Shown: one piece after another, positions 14,501 through 28,119 of the stretch
Layout: the number at the start of each line of letters is the position of its first letter
Numbering within the stretch: the stretch's first letter is position 1
Assembly (NCBI RefSeq): GCF_036588685.1
Contig: NC_086373.1
Coordinates: forward strand, 15,314,001-15,378,000
Source: Mytilus trossulus
Lineage: Eukaryota
Direction of reading: 5' to 3'
DNA length: 64,000 nucleotides
Translations under genes and position numbers: made by a program
The notes under the pieces: generated by a model
What the model was told of the DNA's origin: nothing
The model's input: the letters and a program-made list of their open reading frames with translations, nothing else
Database searches by the model: none

Positions 14501-17500
14501 AATAATGATCAGCCATTTGAAAGATTTGGAAAATTTATTTTCTGCCAGGAATTCAAATGATTAATATATTCAGACAATTAAGAGTAACCAGCTTACTAAT
14601 GATTTCAAAAAGTTGATAGTATTGGTATATCAGGGTATTACATATTTGTAGATTTGCATTATCAATTGGTTTTCTAATGTGGCAAATTTTGTTTACTAAC
14701 TATATATAATCTATGCTAGTAAACTTATATTTGCTACCTACAAATCTAAAGTTGAAGCCCAAAATCTTCAAAAATATATGGTTATCGCAATTTTAATACA
14801 ACCAAAAGAAAACACTAAGTCTTTTGAATTCTACAATAAAAACAATTACATGTACTTGATGGCTGCCCTTACACACACAATTTTCTTCATGCAATTATGG
14901 AATTGATGCCATAAAAATGTGACCAGTACAATTAACATTCATGTAAAAATATGCTGCAGTTATAGTTCTTGTAGTTTTAATTTGGTTTTATATGTAAGTC
15001 ATAAAAAAAATTACTGATAGTTTTAAATTTTGTATTTGATAAAAAATAAAATAAAAAAAAATGAAAATTAATAACTATAGAACAAGGCAGTATCCTCATT
15101 GTTATATATATATATATAAGAAGACAAAAAAGAATTTGCATAGTACATATAACATGTACTATATGGCATTCCTGAAACATCTAACTTGGGTAATTGTTTT
15201 CTTAACTTTTAATAAACTAATTGTAGAGCTGTCATGTATATTCCTGATGTTATGTTATACAATGACACAGAACATATACTAATTGCAAACTATAAGTTCA
15301 TGTTTGGGTAATCATTTAGGAAATATTTAAATTATTCAAATGAAATATGAGTCTTATTGGAAGAAATGTTGTAAGCTGTCAGATATTGATAGAAAACATG
15401 ATACATATAGTCACATACACAGTACAGGGAAAACTAATCCCATTACTTTTACTGTAGATAAAAAAGTCAATTAGGGAAATCAGATCCTTGTATCCATTTA
15501 ATATAGAAAGAAAATTGACTAGGAATTTATTTACAAATCCATCAGAAGATTAAATTTTAAACAAATTAGTTCAGAAATAGGAACGTCAGTGTTAAACCTT
15601 TGAGAGAGGTGTATTTTAAGGTCAGATCTTGGTACAGTGCTTGAAGCCAAGTTGATTTTAACGAAGTGAAACTCTGTATTAATAACAAGGCAAATGAGTT
15701 ATAGAATCTTTCATTCACTCCACATTTTATGCTTAAAACATACATCACATACGCTGTCACAGTGACCTTTGGTTGTCTATGTTGACTTTAATCACAGTCT
15801 GTCTAAAGTCAATGCTCGGGACGATTTATAATTTAATTTTTTCTGCCAATTATTGAAGGCCTTATTTTGACACCAAGATGTTTATTAGTTTGATAAATTT
15901 GTATTGTTGGTTTACTGTCAGATTGATTATTGTATCATGTACTCTTTTATTGATATTTATAGATTATAGTTGATCATCTCAACGAGATTGATTTTCTCGC
16001 TTGAGCTGGTACAGCGAAAGCGAGAATAGCAATTGAGTTGAGATGACCAATGATAATCTGTTTATCGCTATTTTACCTATGACGACGTTGTCAATTTCAT
16101 GTCAATTTCGTTAGCTTCATGTCAATTTCGTCAGCAACGCCATGTGGCCTCCTTAGTTTCTAGCAATAATTTTTCTATCTCAAGCGAGAAGCATGATATG
16201 AAAATTATCACAAAAAAGGATCAAAGGAAAAATGCACAAAATAGCGATAAAATGTGTTAATGCCCTTTCTGATAAGTCATTATCTGATTCATGAACTGCC
16301 TTGGACAACACAGCGAAGTAAGACTAACCTACATCCATTTAAGGGAGATCCATAATTGTCAACCATTTTCTAAAGTGTACAAAACATACTTTTTCAGAAC
16401 CCCCACCCTCCCTCAAAAAGTGTACATCAATCATTTTCAGATTTCAAGAAAAGAATCAATCATTCTTAATATAAAGAACATCCTGTGTATTGTAGTAAAG
16501 TTTAATAAAGAATTTTTTATTGGAAATAAACTCAAACATATCTGTCGTATTATTGTCGGAAATAAAATTAATAAAGTAAACAGTTAAAATGGTTTTTTTT
16601 CTAACCACCTCCCCCAAGTGTATGTTTTGTACACTTTGGAAAATGGTTGACAATTATGGATGACCCTTTACACATATACACCAAAAAAATGTTTATGAAA
16701 AGTCTTCAGTGGTAGGCGTGTGTCAATTCCAGATTTCAAGCTCTCTGAATATGCATAACCTAAATTATTTATGGAACAACCAATCGATGACCTGTTACAT
16801 GACTTGAGATAGGTGAACAACAAAATTAAATGTTCAACAAAGAGTAAATTTTCTATAGGCTTGTATGCAGATTTTGGCAAAACCATGACAACAAATATCC
16901 ATGAAAATACAATTTTTCATCAATCTATGTAAATAGGTGGCCACTAAAATAATAAAATCTACAGTAAGATACAAAGGACAAGATAATACGTTTGGTTATT
17001 TGTTACTAGTATCCTTGACTTATGACCAGCCATTAATTTACGATACAGCAATAATATACATTAAATAAGTATTTTATATCTTTAGTCATTGATGAGAGAT
17101 TTATTTAACAAACTGACACTTTCAGGAAAATTGATTTGATATTGGAGTAAATATTGTTACTTGTCTGATAATTATTAAGGCTTCTGTTAATGATGTTGAA
17201 ACATCCTGTATTGAGGGAATTTGATTAAATTTGCATTTGTTGATGTCTGTGAGAAAAAGTATGAACTACAAATATAGAAATAATATTATTTATCAGAGAA
17301 ACTATCCTTTAATGTCTGTTATTAATTAGTAATAGGTTAGGGCATTAAAATTGTAAGGACACATGTTCCTAACTAGAGGTACAGTATTACTATAAAGACT
17401 TTTAAATCTTACAATGCCAGGCAGTTTTTGGTCATCATTTTGTCTGTTCAACTGTCTTAGCCTTGTTACATGACTGTTCAACTGTCTTAGCCTTGTTACA

Positions 17501-20500
17501 TGACTGTTCAACTGTCTTAGCCTTGTCTATGACTGTACATCTGTTTTTTAAATTTGAATTAAGAAGCCAGAGGATACATTTCTTTTGTATATGTTATTTG
17601 ATTGTTTTCATCTGCCAAGGACCCTTAATATGCCAGACTACACAGGCACTTGTCTGAGAATTTTTTTTTTAAGTATATACCTTATAATATATATTAAGGT
17701 ATTTAGTATTATCCACCCCCCCCCACCCCCCCCCCACCAATATACCCAATGATATATATTAAGGTATATAGGATTATTTTTTTCTGGCGACAAGTGACTG
17801 TGCTTGACTTCCTGACATTTTGGTTTGGTTGGACAAGTCTATCCAATTGTCTGTCTAAATATCAAACAACTGTTTTCAAAATTTTTATGTAATCTTCATA
17901 TCTGCTAAATCATATTTTTGTCTGGCAAAATGTTAGAATTTGTGTGACCAGATATATAAGGCACAAATTTTAAATTTTCAAGAAGGCAGCTTTTGTCTTG
18001 TCTTTGTTATATGTCTACATTGGTTTAATCTTTGTAATTGGACTGTTTCTCTGTATTGTAAATCTAATTTGACTGTATATTGTGGAGGGCACATCTTTTT
18101 TTCCTTTTTATTTGACTGTACATCTGTGTTTTTCTGTATATGTGTCTATTTACCAGTCTTGTCCATATTATATTCTCTCTCCTTTTATTTGTCTGTACAG
18201 ACGTCTTGTCCATGCTATTTGTCAGTTCACCTGTCTCGTCCATGATATTTGTCTGTTCACCTGTCTCGTCCATGTAATTTGTCTGTTCACCTGTCTCGTC
18301 CATGTAATTTGTCTGTTCACCTGTCTCGGCCATGCTATTTGTCTGTTCACCTGTCTCGTCCATGTAATTTGTCTGTTCATCTGTCTCGGCCATGTTATTT
18401 GTCTGTTCACCTGTCTCGTCCATGATATTTGTTTGTTCATCTGTTTGGCCATGTTATTTGTTTTTTCACCTGTCTAGTCCATGCTATTTGTCTGTTCACC
18501 TGTCTCGGCCATGATATTTGTCTGTTCACCTGTCTCGGCCATGCTATTTGTCTGTTTACCTGTCTTGGCCATGTTATTTGTCTGTTCACCTGTCTGGTCC
18601 ATGCTATTTGTCTGTTCACCTGTCTCGTCCATGTAATTTGTCTGTTCACCTGTCTTGGCCATGCTATTTGTCTGTTCACCTGTCTCGTCCATGTAATTTG
18701 TCTGTTCATCTGTCTCGGCCATGTTATTTGTCTGTTCATCTGTTTGGCCATGTTATTTGTTTTTTCACCTGTCTAGTCCATGCTATTTGTCTGTTCACCT
18801 GTCTCGGCCATGATATTTGTCTGTTCACCTGTCTCGGCCATGCTATTTGTCTGTTTACCTGTCTTGGCCATGTTATTTGTCTGTTCACCTGTCTCGTCCA
18901 TGCTATTTGTCTGTTTACCTGTCTTGGCCATGTTATTTGTCTGTTTACCTGTCTCGTCCATGCTATTTGTCTGTTCACCTGTCTCGTCCATGTTATTTGT
19001 CTGTTTACCGGTCTCATCCATGTTATTTGTCTGTTCACCTGTCTTGTCCATGTTATTTGTCTGTTTACATATCTTGTCCATGTTGTTTGTCTGCCACCTG
19101 TCTTATCCATATTATTGTGTGTTTTCATGTCTTGTCCATGTTAATTGTCTATCCCCTGTCCTATCCTTCCTATTTTGTGTTTACATGTCTTGTCCATGTT
19201 ATTTGTCTTTCTCCTGTCTTGTCCTTGCTATTTTGTGTTAACATGTCTTGTCCATGTTATTTGTCTGTCATCTGTCTTGTCCTTTCTATTTAGTGTTTAC
19301 ATGTCTTGTCCATGTTATTTGTTTATCCCCTGTCTTGTCCTTGCATTTTTGTATCTACATGTCTTGTCAATGTTATTTGTCTGTCTTCTGTCTTGTCCTT
19401 GCTATTTGTCTTTATCTTTCTTGTCCATGTTATTTGTCTGTTATTTTGTCTATCGAAATAATTTAAAAAAATGTGGTGCACATGTTCTGTTAAACTGCTA
19501 CACAGGTTATTAAAGTGAGCTAATTTTTTATGATAATTCTTCATAAACCATAGAAGTTGATTAATTTCCTTGTACACAACTTATGACTATATATTTTAAA
19601 AGTTTATTTTACATTTGTTTTTGTTTTTCAGATGGAATCTGTTGTTGATTATATGTCAGACATTTCAACATATTTGTCACAAGTAAGTACAGTATGAATA
19701 TGTAGATTGGCAATTGATTTTTAACCAGATTTTTGTGACAAAAATGTTGGTTATTGATTTGGGGATGCTCGGCGGGCGGGCGGGCGGGCGTGCGGACGGC
19801 AATCAAATGTTGTCTGTGCATAAACTCATGAACCATTCAACCAAAGCTTTTCAAATTTTAATATGTTGTTACTGATGAAAAAATAGAGGTCAAGTTCAAT
19901 AATGATGATTTTGACTTTTACCGTTCAGGAGTTCTTGAAAGATCGTAAAATGGTGTTTCCATTCACGTTGTTGCATTTACTCACAAACTATTCAATCTAA
20001 GCTTTTCAAATTTTAATATGTTGATACTGATGACAAAATGGAGGTCAAATTTGATATAGACGATTTTCACTTCCACTAATCATCAGTAATGGTTCTTGTG
20101 ATATTGCCAGGACACAAATAAATGTTAATAAATCCGGTTTGCTGTTGTTGTGACAGCCTCTTGAATTATAAACACTGATTAAATTTTGTGATTTAGCCAG
20201 TTCTGACTTATTTCAGTGGTTAATGGTAATTATTTTAAAGAATCAATATAGCACTACTCTATATACATAAATTCTCTTTTTGATGTATTTATTTATTTTT
20301 CTGATCTTTAAGCCTGTAATTGCATAGTTAAAATTATGTTTTTGATCAGATTGTCTGATCTTACACAATCAATTAATTAGTAATTAACTTCATATTATTT
20401 TTATAATAGTTTAATGATATTTTAAAGCTTTTTAGATTTAGTTTTAGAAATCCTTATCACCAAAAATCTTGTTAAAATATAGAAAGTTGACTTAGCGGCA

Positions 20501-22611
20501 TAATTAGGTTATTGCAGTGCTGTTTAGGGCATTTTGATGCTCCCCATACCTTATTAGTATTTCCATAAGTTTTTGTCTGAAGTATACATTATGAACATTA
20601 ATGATTATTTTCAATGGAATCATATGTCAATATAGTATATTTCACCCTATAGAAGTGCTATTTACCATATTTGTAAGCTAGGCTAATGATGGTTTTTCTA
20701 TGAGAGAATTGAAAGGTGGAAGGTACCAAAGGAATATTCAATCTCATATGTTGAAAACAAATCAACAATACCGTTGCAAAAAATTAAGAAGAAAAAAGAT
20801 CAAAAGACAGTTTACAAAACATAACATTTATAACTAAAGACTGGGAAACAGGAACCAACTAAAAATTTAAAAAATATGAAAATGTGGTATGATTGTCAAT
20901 GAATAAACTATCCATGAAAGTTTAAATGAAGTGGATGGAAGTAGCTATAAGCAACACTACACCATACAGCCTTTCACAAGGAGAAAAACCCATACCCTAA
21001 AGTTGACTATAAATAAGATGAAACAATTCAATTGAGAAAACAAACTGCCCAAATTTAATAAAACGATAAATGAAAAACAAATATAACAGCCATGAACTAA
21101 CAACAACAACTGAACTACAGTCTCCTGGTTTTGGACAGACACTTAAAGAATGCGACAGGGTAAAACATTTTGTGGGGGTTGAACCTTACCCATAATCTGG
21201 GACAGTGTTGTTACAGCACGTTGAGCACAACACAAGAACAAACTATAATTATCAGTTGAAAAGGGCTCAACACATCAGATCAATACAAAGCAGATAAAGA
21301 TCTAACAAACACACAGACCAGACATTGCAGGGTATTTATAAACAATCAGACAACAAAAAATACTCAAAATACAGATTTGAGACTACTCACAATAACTGAC
21401 AGATATTTCAAAGTCTATACCATCTAATGAAAAAAATGTATCTATATAAGCAAAACATCATTTACATTTTGTGATATTAAAGCTTGTTACAGCACCTGAG
21501 AGTCTGTGTGCAAAGATAGAAATAATATCATTCTCTTTTGCAAGGTACAATTACAAGGGACATGACAAAATCATGCAAAATCATGATTGATGACATATTT
21601 GATCATAATTATAAGAAGATTAGTTTTGTTCATTGGCATGCATCTATACATGCTAATATTGGCTTTAATAAGGCAGAAAGAAGGCTCAATGTAAGATTAG
21701 TCTTTCATCTTTTTATAATTGATTAAGACAAATATTGTTGTCTGTAAAAAGACTTAATAATGGCCGACACATAGTCTATTATCTTCATCGAAGCTTGATA
21801 TTTAGCACATATATTAAGGTAATGGTAATAATGTCTCTTGGCATAACCTACTTTTTATTTGTCTTAATTGGTTTCGTCTGATACATGAAATAATATGGCT
21901 TCAGCAAACCAAGGCTATAAAGGAGTTATTGTGTTCAGAATTGGTTTCTACTGATACACCTAATGATATGGCTTCAACAAACCAAGGCTATAAAGGAGTT
22001 ATTGTGTTCAGAATTGGTTTCTACTGATACACCTAATGATATGGCTTCAACAAACCAAGGCTATAAAGGAGTTATTGTGTTCAGAATTGGTTTCTACTGA
22101 TACACCTAATGATATGGCTTCAACAAACCAAGGCTATAAAGGAGTTATTGTGTTCAGAATTGGTTTCTACTGATACACCTAATGATATGGCTTCAACAAA
22201 CCAAGGCTATAAAGGAGTTATTGTGTTCAGAATTGGTTTCTACTGATACACCTAAAGATATGGCTTCAACAAACCAAGGCTATAAAGGAGTTATTGTGTT
22301 CAGAATTGGTTTCTACTGATACACCTAAAGATATGGCTTTAACAAACCAACGCCATGTGATGTAGGAGCTATTATTTTTAGAAAATTTTTAAAGTCAGTA
22401 TTATCTTTATTACTAAATTTAATTTGTCCTTATAAAATCTGCCTCTTAGCTATTATTTATCTTTGTATGTTTACAGAACACAGAAATATCAGATCCTGAG
22501 GAAGAACTTGCCAAGTGTAAAGAAGAAATAGCCATGCTGAAGTCAGCCAACCATAAACTGTTCCAATTTGCTGCAAAGGGAATTCTTCATCAGGATGAAC
22601 AAATTACATAA
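5596..22611 (+). CDS. WDR18: WD repeat-containing protein 18 (IPI3, rixosome/5FMC subunit). Predicted coding exons: 5596-5613, 6765-6956, 7525-7635, 7844-7977, 8549-8696, 9267-9410, 9902-9966, 10515-10639, 11120-11286, 19632-19682, 22477-22611 (about 429 aa)
   Basis: Hand-spliced with GT-AG introns and consistent phases: MSTMQE|[30 protein letters not shown]...|[37 protein letters not shown]|[19 protein letters not shown]...|...[13 protein letters not shown]...SSSLDQACK|...FEGHK|[28 protein letters not shown]...|...KPFQRHL...|...[14 protein letters not shown]. The motifs (CPG, LSRHYQ, VWSHHxLPxTDL, C-terminal coiled coil) match WDR18 as I recall it. Confidence 0.93.
6093..6335. mobile_element. 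MITE with TIR (CA)TACCTGCCAACT; second, reversed copy at about 63578-63815
   Basis: catacctgccaact ... agttggcagacctg; internal homology to 63578-63815. Confidence 0.7.
11985..13013. other. GC-rich insert (12072-12926) flanked by 87-bp direct repeats (11985-12071, 12927-13013) in WDR18 intron 9
   Basis: The repeats differ at one base (aagtGatgg vs aagtTatgg); abrupt GC shift; two poly-T-ended subrepeats. Confidence 0.85.
13789..13966. mobile_element. Short MITE with G-rich/C-rich termini and gggatttc subrepeats
   Basis: gaggggggatagga ... tcctaccctccctc. Confidence 0.55.
15960..16250. mobile_element. Hairpin-containing repeat; related fragment at about 8985-9145
   Basis: catctcaac..ttctcgct / agcgagaa..gttgagatg, and ttatcgctattt / aaatagcgataa inverted motifs. 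Confidence 0.55.
16341..16669. mobile_element. MITE, possibly PIF/Harbinger-like
   Basis: TIRs aggg..atccataattgtcaaccattttc / gaaaatggttgacaattatggatgaccct, flanked by TAA/TTA. Confidence 0.7.
17444..17530. repeat. 28-bp tandem repeat x3
   Basis: ctgttcaactgtcttagccttgttacat(ga). Confidence 0.85.
18200..19440. repeat. 30-bp minisatellite (ctgtctcgtccatgttatttgtctgttcac), about 40 units
   Basis: Visible periodicity; accounts for the repetitive ORFs in all frames. Confidence 0.95.
19632..19682 (+). CDS. WDR18: Putative 51-nt WDR18 exon 10 ([17 protein letters not shown])
   Basis: Acceptor ttgtttttcag, donor gtaagt, phase 0/0, no stop codon. It brings the protein length close to that of orthologues. 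Poorly conserved region, so there is no homology support. Confidence 0.6.
19715..20165. mobile_element. HINE-like element with (GGCG)n microsatellite and internal tandem subrepeat
   Basis: ggcgggcgggcgggcgg; duplicated aagcttttcaaattttaatatgttg..actgatga blocks. Confidence 0.55.
21866..22350. repeat. 73-bp tandem repeat, about 6.6 copies
   Basis: atggct recurs at 21895+73n; near-identical units. Confidence 0.95.
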
Positions 22612-23524
22612 AATTGTTATACATTTAAATGTTTACTTGTTATTTTTTCACATAAGTTCATCAAAAACAAGACAACCCATGATAAAAAAAAGAAAGACCA
22701 AATGTTATCAATGCAGTACACAGAAAACTAAGGACATACAAAAAGTGGGGAAGGACCCAGGTGATCCAGTTCCTGCTTCCCTGGTGACACCCTCCTAATT
22801 GATTTGAGTAAAGAATCAACTAATATTCCTATCTATAAAAAACAAATAAGGAAATGATATGAGTGCCAATGAACCATCTTTAAAGAAAGTTCAATTAATG
22901 TGGATGAAAGCAATTTGAGGTCACTGTATTGCTTCTATTGGAGCAAAATGCATATTGTAAAGTGAGATATAAAAGGCAAGACAAAATAGGTAGCAATTCA
23001 AATGAGAAAACCAACTTTTATAGCAAAGCAAGACACAAAAATCGAATATGACAGACATTGACTAATAACAACCACTTAATTACTTGCATGCTTCTGACTT
23101 CCCTATGGACAGGCATACACAGAATGTAATTAAAAAAAAAGTTTGTTAGCCTTAGATGTGACAGTGGATTGATGTTTCAGCACAACATAAGAACTAACTA
23201 AAAATGTAAAATTTTGAGTTCGAAATGGCTTTACTTGATAGATTGGTACAAGGTACAATAAAAACAAAATCCAACACAAAGGTTTGTTCTAGTGTATTTA
23301 CATTCATTGAAAGCTAGTTCAAAACTATTTTTTCTCCCAGAGTTATCAGTCAGTAGGGTTTAGTGTAAAGACATCATACATAAAAAGAAAAGCGTGACAT
23401 TGTGCAATCTAAAAATATAAAAAAACTGTACCAACACAATTTTAAAAAAACCATACCTTTTCAAATCTGTAATATAGCTATATGTTTTGAGTTATATTTT
23501 AGTTTATCAAAATCAAAATCAATG

Positions 23525-24070
23525 TTATTTTTAGCTGTATTTGGCAAATCTTTTAGGAATTTTGGTTCTCAATGCTCTTCAACTTCGTACTTTATTTGGC
23601 CTTTTTAACTTTTTTTGGATTCGAGTGTCACTGATGAGTCTTTTGTAAACGAAATGCACGTCTGGCGTATATACTAAATTTATTCCTGGTATCTATGAGG
23701 AGTTTATTTACAACCACTGGGTCGATGCCACTGCTGGTGGAGATTTATTTCCCCGGGGGTATCAGAAGCCCAGTAGTCAGCACTTTTTGTGCTGACATGA
23801 ATTGTCATTGATATGGTTATATTTATAAATTTACTGTTAACAAAATTTAGAAATTTTTGAAATACTAAGGCTTTTCTACCTCAGGCATAGATTACCTTAG
23901 CTGTGTTTGGCAAAACTATTAGAAATTTTGGTCCTCAATGCTCTTCAACTTCGTACTTTATTTGGCCATTTTATCTTGTTTTGGATTCGAGCGTCACTGG
24001 TGAGTCTTTTGTAGATGAAACAGGCGTATATACTAAATTTAGGTCTGGTATCTATGATGAGTTTATTTAT
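23525..24070 (+). mobile_element. Retrozyme subfamily 2, about 1.5 units (period about 366 bp), mutated HHRs at 23631 and 23997
   Basis: Homology to the monomer. Stem II mismatch in the first core; CTGGTGA and a deletion in the second. Confidence 0.85.
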
Positions 24071-24214
24071 TACCAATTAAAACAATGCTTAAAATGTTTA
24101 CAGTGTTATATTGATCCTATAAGATTCAAACAATTCAATAATCAATAGGTGGACAATGACTATATAAATTTATGGGCTCCACAACCACCTTCAAGGTAAA
24201 AATTAGGATGTGAT

Positions 24215-24682
24215 GTCCTGTTGACAAAACTTTAGAAAATAACTGAGGATCTTTTTATCCCTGGAATAGATTACCGTAGCCGTATTTGGAACAGCTTTTT
24301 GAAGTTTTGGGTCTTCAACTTTGTACTTGTTTGGCTTCATCACTATTTTGACCTGAGCGTCACTGATGAGACTTACATAGACAAAACGCGCGAATGGCAT
24401 ATTAAATTTTAGTCCTGGTACCTTTAATAACTATTAACACCACTGGGTCGATGCCACTGCTGGTGGAAGTTTAGTCCTTGAGGGTATTACCAGCCCAGTA
24501 GTAAGCACTTCGATCTTGACATGAATATCAGTTATATGGTCATTTTTATAAATTTCCTTTGGACAAAACTTAGAATTTAATGAAAATAACTATTTTGATC
24601 TGAGCGTCACTGATGAGTTATGTAGCCGAAATACGAGTCTGGCGTAGATAATTATGATCTTGGTACCTTTGATAACTATTTA
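24215..24682 (+). mobile_element. Retrozyme subfamily 1, degenerate, internally deleted dimer
   Basis: Degenerate HHR motifs at about 24363 and 24610; accactgggtcgatgccactgctggtgg block present. Confidence 0.8.
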
Positions 24683-25039
24683 ATACATAAAGTGAAGTTA
24701 AGCCAAATGAAAATATTGTATCTACGAAATAATTAAGTAAAAGTATTAAAAAGAGGCATTATATATCTAGGTGGCATTTGTAATCCATAAGTCAAGAGAA
24801 ATTAACAAATAAAGGCGACAGTAGTATACTGCTGTTCAAAACTCAAAAATCCATGGACAAAAAACAAAATCTGGGTAACAAACTAAAACTGAGGGAAACG
24901 CATTAAATATAAGAGGAGAACAACGACACAACATTAAAATGTAACAACACTATAGCCAAAAAAAACCAAACCCCAACCCAAAACAATTGACAACAAAGAC
25001 GAACAACTTTACCTAACACAATACAGACAATTATAGACT

Positions 25040-25780
25040 GCGTGACACGAACTTGATCATCATAGGTGGTATCTCAAGTGATCGAAAAAAGAAAGGTAAA
25101 CAGATGGTGAGTATTTAAACCTGTACAAATTCAGCCACACTGGAGGAACATGGTACAGAACTGATATCGTTTGGAAAACATCGGTCGTAATCTGTCACAC
25201 TAACATTCCAACCTGAAAACGGTCGAAGGAATGACCCCAACTTGGAACCCTCAGTTTAATAACTGCATCATAAGCAGCAACTATATATTGGTGAATATAG
25301 CAACTGAATTATTCGGTTTACTTTAGGATCACAAATTGTTGGATAAAACTAGATAGTATTGTATGGAAAATGTTGCTGAACATGGTATTGATGATGGCAT
25401 TCGTAAAAGGTTCGAAGGGATGACTTTGTTGCTGAGCATGGTATTGATGATGACATTCGTAAAAGGTTCGAAGGGATGACTTTGTTGCTGAGCATGGTAT
25501 TGATGACGACATTCGTAAAAGGTTCGAAGGGATGCTGAGCATGGTATTGATGACGACATTCGTAAAAGGTTCGAAGGGATGCTGAGCATGGTATTGATGA
25601 CGACATTCGTAAAAGGTTCGAAGGGATGCTGAGCATGGTATTGATGACGACATTCGTAAAAGGTTCGAAGGGATGCTGAGCATGGTATTGATGACGACAT
25701 TCGTAAAAGGTTCGAAGGGATGCTGAGCATGGTATTGATGATGGCATTCGTAAAAGGTTCGAAGGGATGACTTTGTTTTG
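25040..25780 (-). mobile_element. Penelope-like RT 3' remnant containing a 47/56-bp minisatellite (8 units, 25375-25777)
   Basis: The minus strand gives LLLMMQLLN*GFQ and repeated KSSLRTFYECHH, resembling the LLLTRKLLNQxF..KLKSSLRKFYGRHH segment I recall from bivalve Penelope-like RTs. Confidence 0.55.
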
Positions 25781-28119
25781 CTCACACATTGTCAATTTAA
25801 TTGAATTGTATGCGATTTCAAACAAGTAAGGAGTTTAGCTACAAAACCAGGTTTAAACCAATATTTTTAACAAAGGAAATGTCTGTTCCAAGTCAAGTAT
25901 AAACCTGTTATTTTCATCCGTTTCTGAGCTTTTTATTTTGCATTTGGTTCAGGGACTTTCCGTTTCAAATTTCCAATAGAGTTCTGTATTTTTGTTATTT
26001 TACTTTTAAAATGTTCCATTTGGTTCAATATCGTCCCTGTAAGAAACAACCCTTCATCAATAAAATCATGATAGAAAACATACCATCTTGCACATTGTAT
26101 AAAGTTTAAGATATACTAGTACATACCATAGCTAGGCACTTTTGATACGTTGCTACAGACAGAAATGAAATCTACATTTCTATAGAAAAAATGCCCAACC
26201 TATCTCTATTTTTAATGTACTTTGAAACCTCATATCTAAATTTTAAATTGATGTGGTATATTGCATTATTTACTAAGTAATCAGATATTTGTATGACATC
26301 TCAAAACAATGTGCTTGCACTTAAATTGTGTAGTATTTAACTTAGTTTCTTGATTACTCACTTTATTTAAACCATTATCAAAAATGTTCATTAGGAAAAA
26401 ATAAACCCTTTTTTTCTATATATAAATTGTGGATGCACTATATGAATTGAATCCTAGCTAGTATCTCATACTTGTACGACAAGGCTTACTGTGTCTATTG
26501 CTTCTTTATTGAATAACTTTTTTTAATGTCACAAAAGAGCCATTACCATTGCAATTGTAATTTAAAGCACTAGCAGTGAACACAAAAATATATCTTTAAA
26601 ATCAAACTGAATTTCCTAGTGGTCCTAGTTCACGTCAGAATATCCTCATGACAGAGCATATGCATCTTTGATTGTTGGCATATTTTTCTATTTCTATCTA
26701 TGCATAAGCCTTTCTTGTGAATTCTTAATTTTGAAAATAAGAAATGAGACTAGTTTAAAGTTGCAACCATGAAACATCATTATTCTATCTTTTTGTGAAC
26801 CGTTTTTGCTTTGTAAAATAGAAAAACATTCTGGAAGCTGACATATTGTGACCTATAGTCGTTAATGTCTGTGTCATTTTGGACTTTTGTGGATAGTTCT
26901 CTCATTGGCAATCATACCACATCTTCTTTTTTATATATTGAGCTATTTTATTCGCCACTGGTACATTTGTTTTTAAATATGTTGCGTTATGATATTGAGA
27001 ATACTTCTTCTTAACGAACAATGAATATGTAATCTTAGGAATTATCTGACGGATGTCCGCTTTCTAATTGGTAATGTTTGAGGAACCTGTATATGATATA
27101 TTCATACCGCAAGTGATTTATTATTTTTCCAGAATATATTAACTACAGGTCATCACTTAAGAGATAACAACGACATTGTTAAATCAGTACAGTTAATGTT
27201 ATGGATTGATGTTAAGGTTTAGCATAATACCATATGGATTTGTATTCGAGTTTCCTGTACCCAATTATCAATGCATCATCAAAGCCACACTAATTGCTTA
27301 TTATACTTCAAAAGTCGATTAAAATATGTATCTCATCTAGCCTTTATTAAAACCAATTTATTTATGATTTGTTCAAATATATTGCATTCTCTGATTCAAA
27401 GCTTTGATATTTATTTAATGAGCTTTAACGCTAGTAGAGTAAGTCTTATGTCGGTACCTTGTGTATATTGATTATTAGTAAGTTGACTCGTGCCTAGTAC
27501 CGATTTATTCAGTTAACAAGTTGCAACTGATATGTTCTCAAATTGTGCAGTGACACCGTTCTTCCAGGTAAGCACAAGGGCTGAGTGTTCACAAACATGT
27601 TTAAACCCGCCAAATTCTTTTTCTGCCTGTTCAAAGATAAAAACCTGGTTTTCAGTGGTAGTCGTTGGTCCACGTCTGTCATATTAGTTTTTTTTCGTAA
27701 ATTACTTTGTTATAAATTAGACCGTTGGTTTTAAAATTAAATTGTTTCACATTTTCTATGTCTGGCCTTTTATTACGAGATGGCTTATTCTCATTGTTGA
27801 CGGCAGTACGGTTGCCTATAAGTTCTTGCAACCACCTCATTTGAACTTTGGTGGATAGTTGGCCTATTGGCGATTATTTTACATTTTTTTTTATCATTAA
27901 TAAATCTCTTGTAACCGAGACTTTTTTGTGGTTTCTACCAGGGGCGGATCCAACCATTTTCAAAAATAAAGATTTTCAACCAAGGATAAAAAGCGTGTGT
28001 GTGTGTATTCCATTCATTTCCCCCATTCAAATGCATTGATCGTTATAAAAAGGGTGATTCTAATCCCCTGACCCCTCTGGATATTCCACTGTGTATGCGT
28101 TTTTTTTTTTTATCTATTC

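Noticed and set aside
18064-19577. Repetitive ORFs of 70-208 aa
   Set aside because: Translations of the 30-bp minisatellite in several frames within an intron.
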